64,000 bases of DNA from Rhynchopus sp. YZ270_cl-10. Its lineage: Eukaryota. Both the position numbers and the translations under genes were made by a program. The notes under the pieces are model-generated. The model saw nothing but the letters and a program-made list of their open reading frames with translations. It was not told the origin of the DNA and searched no databases. The stretch is from NCBI GenBank assembly GCA_964035575.1, contig OZ037841.1:744001-808000 (forward strand), written 5' to 3'. Each line of letters opens with the position of its first letter. Position 1 is the first letter of the stretch. Of the stretch, positions 21,136-32,213 are shown one piece after another.

Positions 21136-23712
21136 TCATGGCGCCACAGGGACAACATCATCGGCAGAGGTGCGGTAGGAGACACAGGTTCCGGGGACCT
21201 GTGGGTAGGCGTCGTCAAAGGCAGCGCTGGGGACGCTGTCGTCGCAGAAGGTGTCTGTGCCTGTCGCACTGCAGGGCTCGACGGGCGCGGTCCCGTCGGC
21301 GTTCAGTGCAGCGACGTAGTACCTGTCCATCATCCCCTGGTCCTCGTGCCACAGGAAGTGGCAGTGCACCATGACATTCCCGCCGTGGCCGTCGAGTGCG
21401 TGGCGGAAGCGTGTCACGCCGTTCAGGGCAGGGATGGTGTCGCGCCAGTCGCCCACCTCGCCCCAGTTCGCAAGCGTGTTCGCGTTCCCACTGTAGGAGA
21501 TGAGCTGGAAGTGGTTCACGTGGAAGTGCATCGGGTGCGGGGTGGCGCCACCGCCGTTGATGACAACGTCCTCAATGTCGCAGAGACGCCCCACGTGGCG
21601 GTAGTGGAAGTTCTCGAGGTGGCGCGTGCTGTCGTCAGACTCGGGGAAGCCAAACGCAATCTGCGGGCAGTCAGCAGGCGTCGTTGCACAGTCTGTCCCC
21701 ACACCCAGATGGTTCCCGCCTCCCACAACACCACCCTGGCGTGTGGCCAGCTGCCACTCGGACACAACACCGCTCACCCCCTGCAGGTCCTGCAGGTAGT
21801 TCGGCCGCACAATCTCGTCGGTCGCCAACGTCGGTGCTGTCGTTGTCCCGTCGTCCCCGCCGTCTGCAGTCACGGACCACGTCACCAGGTTCTGCAGGAA
21901 GCCCACGTCAAGTGCAGACGCACGCTGCGTCGGGTTGCTCTGCAGGTAGTACTCCCCCGCCTCCGAGCACATCACAGCCACACCGGCACGGCTCCCGGGC
22001 ACCAGCAGCACGTGGGTCACTGTGCGCGCCCCGCTGTGCAGGAACACCCCATCGAGTGAGATGAGCATCATCGTACACGCGTTCTCCCCAGTCGCCCCGT
22101 TCAGAGACACTGTGGTCCGCAGCTCAATCTCCAAGTACACGTCCCCCACCGCGTTCAGAAGCTCAATCCGGTTCCATACACCGGTCCGCACCTCGCGCAC
22201 AGGCTGGCGCTGTCCGTTCACAAGCAGCGTCTGCTGTGTCTGCGTCCCGTCCGAGTTCTCCACCAGCTCAGCCCCAAGCGGGATGTTGTCCCCAGTCGCC
22301 ACCCGCAGTGTCGAGTAGCTGCGCAGGCTGAACCCCGCCCCGGTTGGGTTGCACGAGCACAGCGCGTGGTGTGTGATCGCCATGCGCGACACAGGCATCC
22401 CTGCCCACTGCGTGCGTGCAGACTCCGTCGCAAACGTCTCCACCTCCGTCGGCGGCGACTCCTCAAAGTCCGGCACGTCCACCACAATCATCCCCACCAT
22501 GCCTCCCTGCACCTGCAGCGAGCTCGACCCGTGGTGGTGCGAGTGGTACCAGTGTGTTCCGGGCAGGTGGTTCGCAGGGATCTCGTATGTGTACGTCTTC
22601 GACGTCCCAGGTGCCACACCGATAATCACGTTATCCTCCGAAGGGTCGACGTGCAGACCGTGTGTGTGCATGTTTGTGATGTTCGCATCACGCAGCGAGT
22701 TCAGCTCCCCGTCCGACGTCGTGTCCTCGGGCTCAATGTCCTGCAGGTTGTTCACAAGCGTCACCACCACAGTGTCCCCAGGGAACACACGCAGCGTCGG
22801 TCCGGGCGCAGAGCACACCCCCTCGTAGCAGAAGGCACGCACGTTCTTCTTGAATGCGCCTGCGTCGAGCTGGTGCTGCTCCACAGTCAGTGTCACCTCA
22901 AGACGTCCGTCTGCTGAGGTCAGTGTGGTCTGGTGGGCAAACGTCGGTGCAATCAGGCGTGGCAGAATGTATGTATCCATGCACGGCTCCGTGATCGAGT
23001 TCCCGTTCACAGGGGCCGATGCGCACGTGATGTCTGCCTCTGCCACAGCTGTTCCAGATGGGGACGATGTTGCTGGCGCGTCTGTTTCAGGCGCATCAGT
23101 CTCGGGCGCGTCAGTCTCAGGTGCATCAGTCTCAGGTGCATCAGTCTCGGGCGCGTCAGTCTCGGGCGCGGGTGCGTCAGTCTCAGGTGCGTCAGTCTCA
23201 GGTGCATCAGTCTCGGGCGCGTCAGTCTCGGGCGCGGGTGCGTCAGTCTCAGGTGCGTCAGTCTCAGGTGCATCAGTCTCGGGCGCGTCAGTCTCGGGCG
23301 CGGGTGCGTCAGTCTCAGGTGCATCAGTCTCGGGCGCGTCAGTCTCAGGTGCATCAGTCTCGGGCGCGTCAGTCTCGGGTGCGGGTGCGTCAGTCTCAGG
23401 TGCATCAGTCTCGGGCGCGTCAGTCTCAGGTGCATCAGTCTCGGGCGCATCAGTGTCTGGCACAGCCGGCACAGGTGAAGAGGCAACCACAGGACACCTG
23501 GTTTGATCAGCACGAGGTCTGCAGAACCCTTCTGTACACCTGGCATTCGTCCTGCAGAAACCGCACACCTCCACCCCCTCGAGCACGTACGTGCACTCAT
23601 CGTTGGTCGCGAGTCCTGTGCAAGCATCCAAAGCGTCTTGGCTCTGTCTACACTGTGCCGCTGCCATCAGCGCGTGTGCAAGCACGCATGTTATCACCGC
23701 AACCGTCTTCAT
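21136..23712 (-). CDS. Secreted multicopper oxidase (laccase-like) with N-terminal Cys-rich segment and PETDA repeat linker
   Basis: Signal-peptide-like MKTVAVITCVLAHALMAAA. All four copper motifs are present: NMHTHG, HWYHSHHH, HPMHFH and HCHFLWHEDQGMM (Met axial ligand). Confidence 0.93.
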   Translation of the reverse strand: MKTVAVITCVLAHALMAAAQCRQSQDALDACTGLATNDECTYVLEGVEVCGFCRTNARCTEGFCRPRADQTRCPVVASSPVPAVPDTDAPETDAPETDAPETDAPETDAPAPETDAPETDAPETDAPETDAPETDAPAPETDAPETDAPETDAPETDAPAPETDAPETDAPETDAPETDAPAPETDAPETDAPETDAPETDAPETDAPETDAPATSSPSGTAVAEADITCASAPVNGNSITEPCMDTYILPRLIAPTFAHQTTLTSADGRLEVTLTVEQHQLDAGAFKKNVRAFCYEGVCSAPGPTLRVFPGDTVVVTLVNNLQDIEPEDTTSDGELNSLRDANITNMHTHGLHVDPSEDNVIIGVAPGTSKTYTYEIPANHLPGTHWYHSHHHGSSSLQVQGGMVGMIVVDVPDFEESPPTEVETFATESARTQWAGMPVSRMAITHHALCSCNPTGAGFSLRSYSTLRVATGDNIPLGAELVENSDGTQTQQTLLVNGQRQPVREVRTGVWNRIELLNAVGDVYLEIELRTTVSLNGATGENACTMMLISLDGVFLHSGARTVTHVLLVPGSRAGVAVMCSEAGEYYLQSNPTQRASALDVGFLQNLVTWSVTADGGDDGTTTAPTLATDEIVRPNYLQDLQGVSGVVSEWQLATRQGGVVGGGNHLGVGTDCATTPADCPQIAFGFPESDDSTRHLENFHYRHVGRLCDIEDVVINGGGATPHPMHFHVNHFQLISYSGNANTLANWGEVGDWRDTIPALNGVTRFRHALDGHGGNVMVHCHFLWHEDQGMMDRYYVAALNADGTAPVEPCSATGTDTFCDDSVPSAAFDDAYPQVPGTCVSYRTSADDVVPVAP
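23077..23460 (-). repeat. Coding minisatellite: 24 x 15-bp units (P[E/D]TDA) punctuated by four 6-bp PA inserts
   Basis: The translation shows blocks of 5, 5, 4, 4 and 6 pentapeptides separated by PA; 24x15+4x6=384 bp matches the span. Confidence 0.95.
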
Positions 23713-26272
23713 GGTTGGTTGTTTGTTTCCAAAGTAATCAAATAAATGTGTGAGGTATTCCCTGTGTGGAAGATGTTGGCTGTGTCCTCAACGTGAGTTG
23801 TGTGTTCAGGATGCGGGTACCTCTAACCACGCTGTAACACACGCAGTGTGGGGGTCTCAGTCCCGTGACTGCGTTGGCGCAAATCAGGTTCGTTGTGGAG
23901 ACAGGACTTGCCTTGATACTAATAAGTGCATTCGAAAAAGAGATTGTTATTTGAGAACTTTTTTTTGAGAGAAATTGCACTTCATTGTCTGGTTTTGTTT
24001 GTTTTGTTTGTTTTGCTATCTTTTTTTTCTTCTTTTTCCCTTTTTTTGTTTTTTCTTCTTTTTTTTGAAAATTTGACAACGTGTAGACACCACCTGTGTG
24101 AACTTCACGCATTTTTTTTTTTTTTTTAAGTATCTGTCAAATCCTGTGAAAAGGTATGCACCACGCAGCCTTTGAAACACATGATTCTTCAGTCATAGTA
24201 TTCACGGTCCACCCCATATGCTTTTGGGGCTTCTAAAGATACCGATTAATTTTTGTTTTTACTGTTGTATTTTTTTTCTTGCTTTTTTTTTGCTTTTTAT
24301 AGATCATCAGTGGGGTGGGTGGGATGGGGTGAAGTGGGCAAATACCATTGCAGGGATACATCCGTGAGAGAACGCTGCTGTTCAGTAAACAAAACGATGA
24401 AACGCTTCAGTAGTTTTATAATAAATAAAATACTTCTTTTTTTTGGATGTACCTACCCTCCGCTGTGTAGTTGTCAAAACCCCCCCACGCCCCCACCCCC
24501 GCCCTTATTGGGAGCATCACCCAAAAACTTAGGCAATATCGTTCCTGGAGCGTAACTCTTATACCAACAAACTAAGAAGCAAAAGTCTCTTCCGCTCAGA
24601 CACCCTTCCCTTCTTTTCAACAATGTACGGGCAGCCAGCAATACAAATACAATACTAATGAAAGCACTGAGGGCCCCCAATTCACCTTTTTTGTTTCCTG
24701 TTTCAAATGAAACAATGAACCAAACGTATTAGGCAGTCACTTTATTGGGTAACAATCCGCAAAGGGAGGTCACTCATACCTGATACTAAACACAACACGC
24801 ACAAATCCCATTTACTTACTCCCCCCCTCCCTTCGGCGTCAGAACAACCAAACGCTCAAATGTGAGGAGGGAGACGGGGGTGGGGTAGACGCTCCATCTG
24901 TCACAGTCACACGAGGGAAACAAATATTTCATGGAAGGAAACAAAAAAAAAAAAAAAGCGAACTTCATAACACAGAGGCGTGCAAAGAGAAAATAATGTA
25001 GACACGTCTCAACACAAAAGAATAGGAAAAAAAACTTCAAAATATGTGTGAAGCATCGAACATCCCTACAAACGGGAGACAAATAAGTGTTCATATTTTC
25101 ATGAAATATAAAAAAAAATCACAGGAGAGAGAAAAGGGTCACATGTTCACCGCAGAATCCACATCTGCAGTAAAGTAATATCAACGAGGCCAATTTGTAC
25201 CATATAAAAAAAAAAAATCCGGAACAACAACAGTGCTGCTTTGCAGAAAATATAAACGGGGAAGTGGGGGGGTGTTTCGAGTGAGATGAAATAGTATTTT
25301 TGGGTAAAAGCGGCATATTTTGTGGGTAGAGGGGGTAAAGTACACATTGAACTCACACATTTGAAAAGAAAACCCTGTACGCACTCGAAGACATGGAAAA
25401 GGGGAGGCAGGATGGGCTGGGTATTCGTTGCTAAGATTTTTTTTTTTCTTTTTTTTTTTTTTTTTGGAGAATTGCTCAGCCCCGCCGCCAGGATTTTGGG
25501 TTTTGAAAAAGTTCTGTTGATGGTCCAAAAAAATTTTTTCGCGCTTCGCGCGAAAACCTCTGCAAAGCTCCTTCTCGTGGCCTCCGGCGGAGAGACGCAT
25601 GTTCCCCAAGCCCGGTCAGAGTTCCTCCGAATCAGCGACATTTGCTCTTTCCTCTCACCAGGCTGTGCATTGTACTCTTCGGTGGCCGTGCACAAGCCGT
25701 AGGGTGTCAGCCTTCTACGGCGGTCATGACACCCAAAGGTTCCTGGCGAAGCCACGGTACGCAACATTTAAAAAAAAAATGTTCCCATAAAATGGAATTG
25801 CGTTGGTGGTGGGAGCTGCTTGCGCCGCAGGCGCACGGTACGCAACTTTTTTTTTTTTCTTCCAACACCCGATTTTGACTTTTTTGGGACGTTTGAGCAC
25901 TCACCTCTCCGTATCTTCTTCTCCTGAGATTTTTTGACAAGTAGAACGGGTCTGAACCACTCAACAGAACTTTTTTTTTTTTTTTTTTTTTTTTTTTCGT
26001 TTTCAAAAAGTTCTGTTGACCATCAACAGAACTTTGCTAGGTGGCGGCCCCCCTGAATTGAATTGCTGGAATAGTTTTGCCATCGTTTTTTATTTATTTT
26101 TGTTCGCTTTTTTTGTCTTTTTTTTTTTTTTTTTTTGTTTGCTTTTTTTTGTCGTCTCGACAATCACCTGTCCGAGGACGGGTTCTGTACAACAAAGTCA
26201 CCGAAGGATAATGAATTTCAAAAGGTATAGATGCAGTTCATCCTCAGCCCATTTTTTTTTTTTGGGCAATGC

Positions 26273-26583
26273 CTGGGGTAATCGCTAAATCAGTCCCTTC
26301 CACCCGGGTTTTGAAAAGTCCAGGGAAAAAACAAAATGTACAAAATAAGAATTGTGTTGAAGACCCCGTGAGAGCGTTTTAGATACCCCGGAGAAATGTG
26401 TTCACTGTTCTGGATCTTAGAACCCGGTCAAATGAAGAGGTCTTTGGTAAAATAAAAAAATAATAAAAATCGTGCCCAAATGCACATGGCAAAGGTTTTA
26501 GGGGTAGTAATTTGTTTTTTTTTCTAAATTTACTACCCGATTTCGAAATTTGGCTCGACCCCCCCGATTTAGCGATAGTCCTG
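26273..26583. mobile_element. Degenerate MITE of about 310 bp with imperfect TIR and 7-9 bp flanking direct repeat
   Basis: ATCGCTAAATC (26281-26291) is inverted at GATTTAGCGAT (26566-26576). GGCAATGCC occurs at both ends (26265-26273, 26583-26591). The exact boundary is ambiguous by 1-2 bp. Confidence 0.6.
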
Positions 26584-27652
26584 GCAATGCCACCTCCTCC
26601 TTTCCTTTTTAAGAAAAGGATACGTTTCTCAAAACAAAACAAAAAAAAAAACAAAAAAATGAAAGATGGATGAGCCACTCAAGGGCGCCATACATCTACA
26701 AACACGTTCTGGGCACTATAGTAATCAATGTACCACCATCCCACCCACCCTCCCAGTCATCATTATAACCACTCACTCTGCAGAACATTGTCAAATGGCA
26801 GCATGCAGAAGGAAACACTTTATACGCACAAAGATTATGTTTCGTGTCCATCGCCATATCATCGCCATTCCGTCTCAGATTCCCAAGACATGCACAAGCA
26901 CCACGGCGAGAAGCTGTGTGGGGGTGGTGAGATATGAGAAGGGCGTCCTCCAGACATTGCCTTGCCAGTTTCCTCTATACGATAGTAGTAGAAAAATGGA
27001 TGTGTTCACCAGAATGAGCAGATGTGAAGCACTGCGTCCCTGGATGCACTCTCACAGAATAAAGAGAGGAGGAAACAAATTTTATTGTTCACTTTGTCAA
27101 AATCTCTTTGTTTTTCTCTTTGTCTATTTTTCCTGCATTTTTTATTCTCTTCTTTGTACTTTCTTTTGTTTTGGTTGTTGTTAGATAAGCTCAATCGCCT
27201 ATCGAGTTCTGTGAATAGCACGGAACTCCTTTTCATGTGTATCCATGGAAAACAGTATCATATGTGATACCGGGGGAAAAAATTTTGAAAAAAGGTGTCG
27301 TTTGAGAAAAACAAACAAACGGACGCGCTGTGTGAAAAACGAGTGTTTCTCTGCGCGTGATATTTTGTGGGGAAGAATAAAACATTATGAAAAAAGCTCG
27401 TTGCGTTCCCACTATCGTTTCCGCTGCGCTCTCACTAGCGTTCCCACTCCATTCGGTTTTCTCTTACTTAGAAAAAAAATGAACATAAGCCTCGCTGTGC
27501 TTAGTCAGTGTGGGGGAAAAAAACAGAGAAATGTCGTGTAATGACACCTCAGGCTTCCATCAGACGCCATGGTGATGTTGCGTTTTAGACCCTTATGGGA
27601 GTACTTTTTGAAGGTGATTGCATCGGTTGCTCGATGATAACATGCAAGAGTG

Positions 27653-30600
27653 TCATACCAGAACCCCAGCCATCGCAGCATACGCATAGGCCATGCGCTC
27701 ATTGTCCTGGAGGACAAAGCTGACCTTCTCAAGCATCGCAGCCTTCATCTCGCTGAGTGGCGTCACCTCAACCTCTTCCTCTTCCTCCTCCTCCTCGTGC
27801 ACGTCGTCACCCTCAGCCGCCTTCTTCTTCTTCTGCGGCTTGCCCTTGCTGCCCCCCTTCTTGCCCTTCTTCTGCCCCTTCGCCTTCTTACGCAGTTCCT
27901 CACGCTCGTGCGGCAGCGTCTCAAGCCCGCTGGCTTTCGACACAGCTGGGGCCACCTCAACAGACTTCTCCTTCTCCTCGGTGTCCGGCTGGCTGACCTT
28001 CTTCTTTGAGGGTTTGGGCTTCTTAGCCTCCGTCGGTGTTGGCTCTGGTGCAGGGGTCGTAGGGGTGGGGGTGGGGGTGGGTGTTGGGATCTCCTCCACA
28101 TAGGGTGCAGCTGTGTCCACAGCGTCTTCCTGATCTTCCTTGTCTGCTTTGTCTGCTTTGGGTGCAGGGGCAGCCTTCTTAGGTTTCTTTGCTTTGGGCT
28201 TAGGTTTGGGTTTGTCTTCGTCAGAGTCGGAGACGTCGGCGAAGGCGGCGAAGACGGTAGGCTTGCATTTGTCGACAAGCGAAGTCATCGTGTTGTTTTG
28301 CTTCAGGCTTTCCTGCTGGCGCTTAATACGGTCCTGCTGGCGCTTGATGCGCTCCTCTTCCTTGCGCAGGAGCTCCTCCTTCTGCTTCCTCTTCAGCTCT
28401 GCCGCAGCCTCGCGGCGTTCCTGCTCCCTGACTTCCTCGATAAGGTCCTCGACAGCACGGCGGATGGGGCGCAGTTCCTCGGCCAGCGCAACGCGCTCCT
28501 CCTTCTCAAGAAGGACAAGCTTGAGGCGGTACAGCTCCTCAGTACGCACCCCGCCCTGCACCTCCTGGTCTGCGCGCAGGATCGCAAGCTTGTGTTCGCG
28601 CTCCTTGTTTGCAACGCGTTCATCCTCGACAGCAACAAGCGCGTCTGCCTGCATCTGCTCCGCAAAGGCATCGTAGTGCTGGAGGAACTCTGCTGCAACA
28701 ACCTCACGTGCCTTCAGCTCGTCCTGTCCAAACAGCATGCGTGCACGGTCCTGGCGTTTGTGGAAGTTCTCAACACGTTTGGACTCAGCCTTATTTTTCT
28801 TGGCATATTCGCGTTGTTCGGCCTCAAGTTTTTCCTGTATTAGTGGTGTGATAAATATTTGATAGAGACAAAGAGAAAGGCTGGAATACAATAAAAATAA
28901 AACCAAAGTTTCCGAATTGGCAAGTAGGATGTGGGGAGACGTAGAACCGGGAGCTGGCTTGTGTGCTGCGAGTATACCTTAAGTCTGAGCTTGTTGAAGT
29001 CGACAGGCGCATGCTCCTTTGCACCGGTGCCCTTTTTGTCCTTCTTCTGTGTCGGTGCTGGCGGGGCTGCAGCAGCGGGTGCCGCAGTTGCTTGAGACGC
29101 TGGTTTCTCCTCTGGCTGGGGCGCTACTGCAGAGAAGATGATGGGGTCTGCGTTGGTGTGGGTGCTGAGGGGGGCCTCCTTCCTCTTGCGTGGCTTCTTC
29201 TCTACGGGGGCGACGTCCTGCACCTCGACCTCGGGCTCTGCACCTGGGAGAGAGAACTTGACGTGGCTGTCTTTCTTCGCCTTGTTGTCAACCTCATCAC
29301 GGCCTCGTTCCATGTCCTCTGCCACACGCAGTTTTGCGGTTTCGACCTGTTGCTGCGCACGTTTTGCGGACTGTGCAACAAGAGAGCTGACAACATCATT
29401 CGCAGCGCGCCGCTTGCGTTGCTTCTCCTCCTTTTGTTCTTCATCTTCTCGTTCCTTTTTAAGCTGCGAGAGTCTACGTGCTGTGTAGATGTCGCAGCAT
29501 TTGTCTCGTTGCTCGTTCGCCTCACGGTACTGACGATCGCAGGCAGCAATAATCTCCTCACGAAGCGAGTCTGCCTTCTGCTCTCTGGCAAAGATGTTTT
29601 CGAACGAACATTTGAGTTCATTGTGGCGCTTCCGATACGCCTCAACCTCCTCAGCACCGGATACGATGTCGGTGTCGTCGGCCCAGCGTCCACTTGCGGT
29701 GATGTCTTCGTCCTCCTCCTCCAGCTGCTTTCGTTGGTTTGTGAACCTGTCGAGCTCTGCAGCGATCTTCGAGAGCGTCTTCATGTTGATATCAAGCTCC
29801 GTCATGTAGCGGAGGAAATTACGTGCTGCGGCCTCCTCCTCTTCATACTCTCGTTGTTTGTCTGTCATCGTGCGCTTTGGCTGCTGTGTTGGTGGCGGTT
29901 GTGCTGCGTCGCTTTCGGGAGCGCTGTTTGCCTTTGCAACCTCTGCGTGGCTGAGTGTGCCGAAAGCAGTCCGGCCACCCCACGCATCCCGCCCTGTTGG
30001 GGTCTGTGTGCTGGGTGCAGGCCGCTCTCTTTCAGGGGCAGTGGTGTGTGCGGCGGGGGATGGAGACGCAGACGACGGGGCAGCACCACCGGTGGACGCA
30101 CCGTTGATGTTTGTCCTGCTGGCGGGGGAGGGCTGGGATGTGCTGTTGTCGAAGAGAGATGCGTTGTCTGCAGGTGGCTGGACGTCTGACGGCTGTGCCG
30201 CATGCGCCGTTCGTGGCTCAGGTTCGTCAAAAGGTGTTGCTGCATCCTCATGAGAACGGAAGGCAAACTTAACAAGCGGCATGCAGTTCTCTTCCAGAAT
30301 CGCGTTGATCTGGCTGAGAATCGACTCCGTTGACGGCTCCACAGTTTCACCCTCGATTGGGTCCGATGCAATGTACCCCCCGTCGACCCAGATCTCCACA
30401 CGTGCACGGTTAGCCCCACGGTGGATCGACACCCCAGTAATAGTGTGGATGTCGGGGAGGTTCCCAGACGACACCCGCCCACACACAGTCGCGTAACACA
30501 CACGCCCCCAAACGTCGTTGGCCTCTGCAATGGGCAGCTCTGCCTCGAAGACACCACCCATCACGTTGTGCTGGTGTGTCCCCACAGGCGCAGTTTCGTG

Positions 30601-31099
30601 ACGAAAGATGTGCGTTGCCTTCCCCACAGGAAGGTGCTTCGTGCTCCCCAGCACGTCCCAGTACCCGTTGTAGCTTGACCGTGTGGAGAAGCGTCCGATC
30701 TCAACCATCACCTCCTCGTCCTGCGCCTTGCCAGACACCCAGCACTTCCATTTGTGCGGCAGCGCGGTATCTGTTGGTACAAAGGATATGGCATGTGAAT
30801 ATAGATAAGAGATGTACAGATAACAGAAACAAATGTGAGAACTTGAACGACATCCAGGTGCATCCTGAGTCATATTTTATGTATGCATGAGAATGGTAGA
30901 CCCAACAGTTGTGGATTAGTGCATTTTTGTTGTGTCGACAATTTTTCTTTGTTGTATCAAAAACGAAAGGCAACGGAAGTGGTGACATACCGCCATCGCT
31001 GTTCCACGTGTCAACAGAGCGCGTCCTCAGTGCGCCAAAGAACTGCTCACACCCAGGCAGATTGCTCCCGACACGATCCAGTGTCACCATTTTCGGCAT
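27653..31099 (-). CDS. Spliced gene join(31099..30991, 30770..28978, 28834..27653), about 1027 aa: degenerate eIF4E-like domain, low-complexity linker, long coiled coils, Lys/Glu-rich tail, hydrophobic C-terminus
   Basis: Two GT-AG introns (30990-30771, phase 1, GTATGT..CAG; 28977-28835, phase 0, GTATAC..CTAATACAG) join three track ORFs in frame; the total of 3084 nt is divisible by 3. eIF4E-like blocks are LPHKWKCW, IGRFST, HIFRHETAP, GGVF, DVWGRVC, ITGVSIHR, RVEIWV and FRSHED. A further intron at the final GTATGA cannot be excluded. Confidence 0.78.
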
Positions 31100-31565
31100 G
31101 GTGCTTCTCTCTTATATCGCAGTGTATACGCCCACCCAGTATAACGGGCTGGGAGGGGTGGTAGTTTCCTTTGTGAGGTATCCCGTGCAGTCTTGCAAAG
31201 TGGGCTGCCTCTTGTGTGTTCTCCTTACTATCTTCTCAGTTGGGGTAAAACGCCCCTTTCACCTGAGGTTGATGTTGATGTTGGTGGTGTTGGGAGGGGG
31301 TTAGTTAAACATAAAGTTGCGGGCAGGGGAGGGGGTTTTTTGGGGTTTGAATAGATAAAACAGAGCATTGGAAAGCGAATTATAGAAATGGCGCGTTGTC
31401 CTGTACTCAGTAGGGTTTTGCTCAGCTTAGATAACAGTTGGACTGACTAATGCGCCATGTGCACTATTTAGATGTCTGTGAACTGCATCTATGTTGAATC
31501 GAAGATAACACGAAAATAGCACAAATACACTCGGAATAATAGTTCGACCCTCCCCCCGCCCCTCA

Positions 31566-32213
31566 TCACACAACAGCATGAGTACTGCAGAACTGCAGAA
31601 CTCTGAACTCCTCAATTCTGTGGTAACTAAGCTTTGTGTGCGCTGTAGTAGAAGACAGTTCCGGATCCTCCAGCTTCCCAGGGTAGTTGTATCTGCAAAT
31701 GGAAAACCCCCACTTCGCGCCTTCTTTCGGTGCCTCCATCAAACCAAAAGCTTCCCAGGGGATGATCACCTGTGCAACCCAGCCATCCGCCCTTGCTTCG
31801 GCCATGTGCTTCACTCCAGAACTAAAGGAACGCGCAGTTTCGTAGGATTCCTTGCCAGAGAGGAACTCATCCCTGTCCTGGACTTTAACGTCGGTCATCT
31901 TGTTGTTCGGCGTCACGTGGATCTCCCAATACTCCCCACAGCGAGACTGGTCCGGATGAACAAAAAACTCAGCTACACTGCCTAATTCGAAGAGTCTCTG
32001 ACCGTCCCTTTCAGCTGAGGTAAAAGGATCCTTTTCTTCAAAGTCAGTGCCCATGTGCAAACCATCATCTGCATACGCCACCCAACCCCAACCGCGCTGG
32101 GCCGGTCTCTGTCCTTCAGCAGTCCAGTGTTGAAGCAGCTCCAATCTTTGAACTGCAGTCAGGTACTCACCTTTCACAAACCCAGTAGGTATCTTGTAAA
32201 CTTCTAGCGGCAT
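31566..32213 (-). CDS. CBM9-like (DOMON-like sugar-binding) domain protein
   Basis: From Met at 32213: LFELGSVAEFFVHP, YWEIHVTPNN, GWVAQVIIPWEAFG, WGFSICRYNY and ELSS...YHRIEEF match the pattern of stand-alone bacterial CBM9-like proteins (recognised by eye). Confidence 0.72.
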   Translation of the reverse strand: MPLEVYKIPTGFVKGEYLTAVQRLELLQHWTAEGQRPAQRGWGWVAYADDGLHMGTDFEEKDPFTSAERDGQRLFELGSVAEFFVHPDQSRCGEYWEIHVTPNNKMTDVKVQDRDEFLSGKESYETARSFSSGVKHMAEARADGWVAQVIIPWEAFGLMEAPKEGAKWGFSICRYNYPGKLEDPELSSTTAHTKLSYHRIEEFRVLQFCSTHAVV

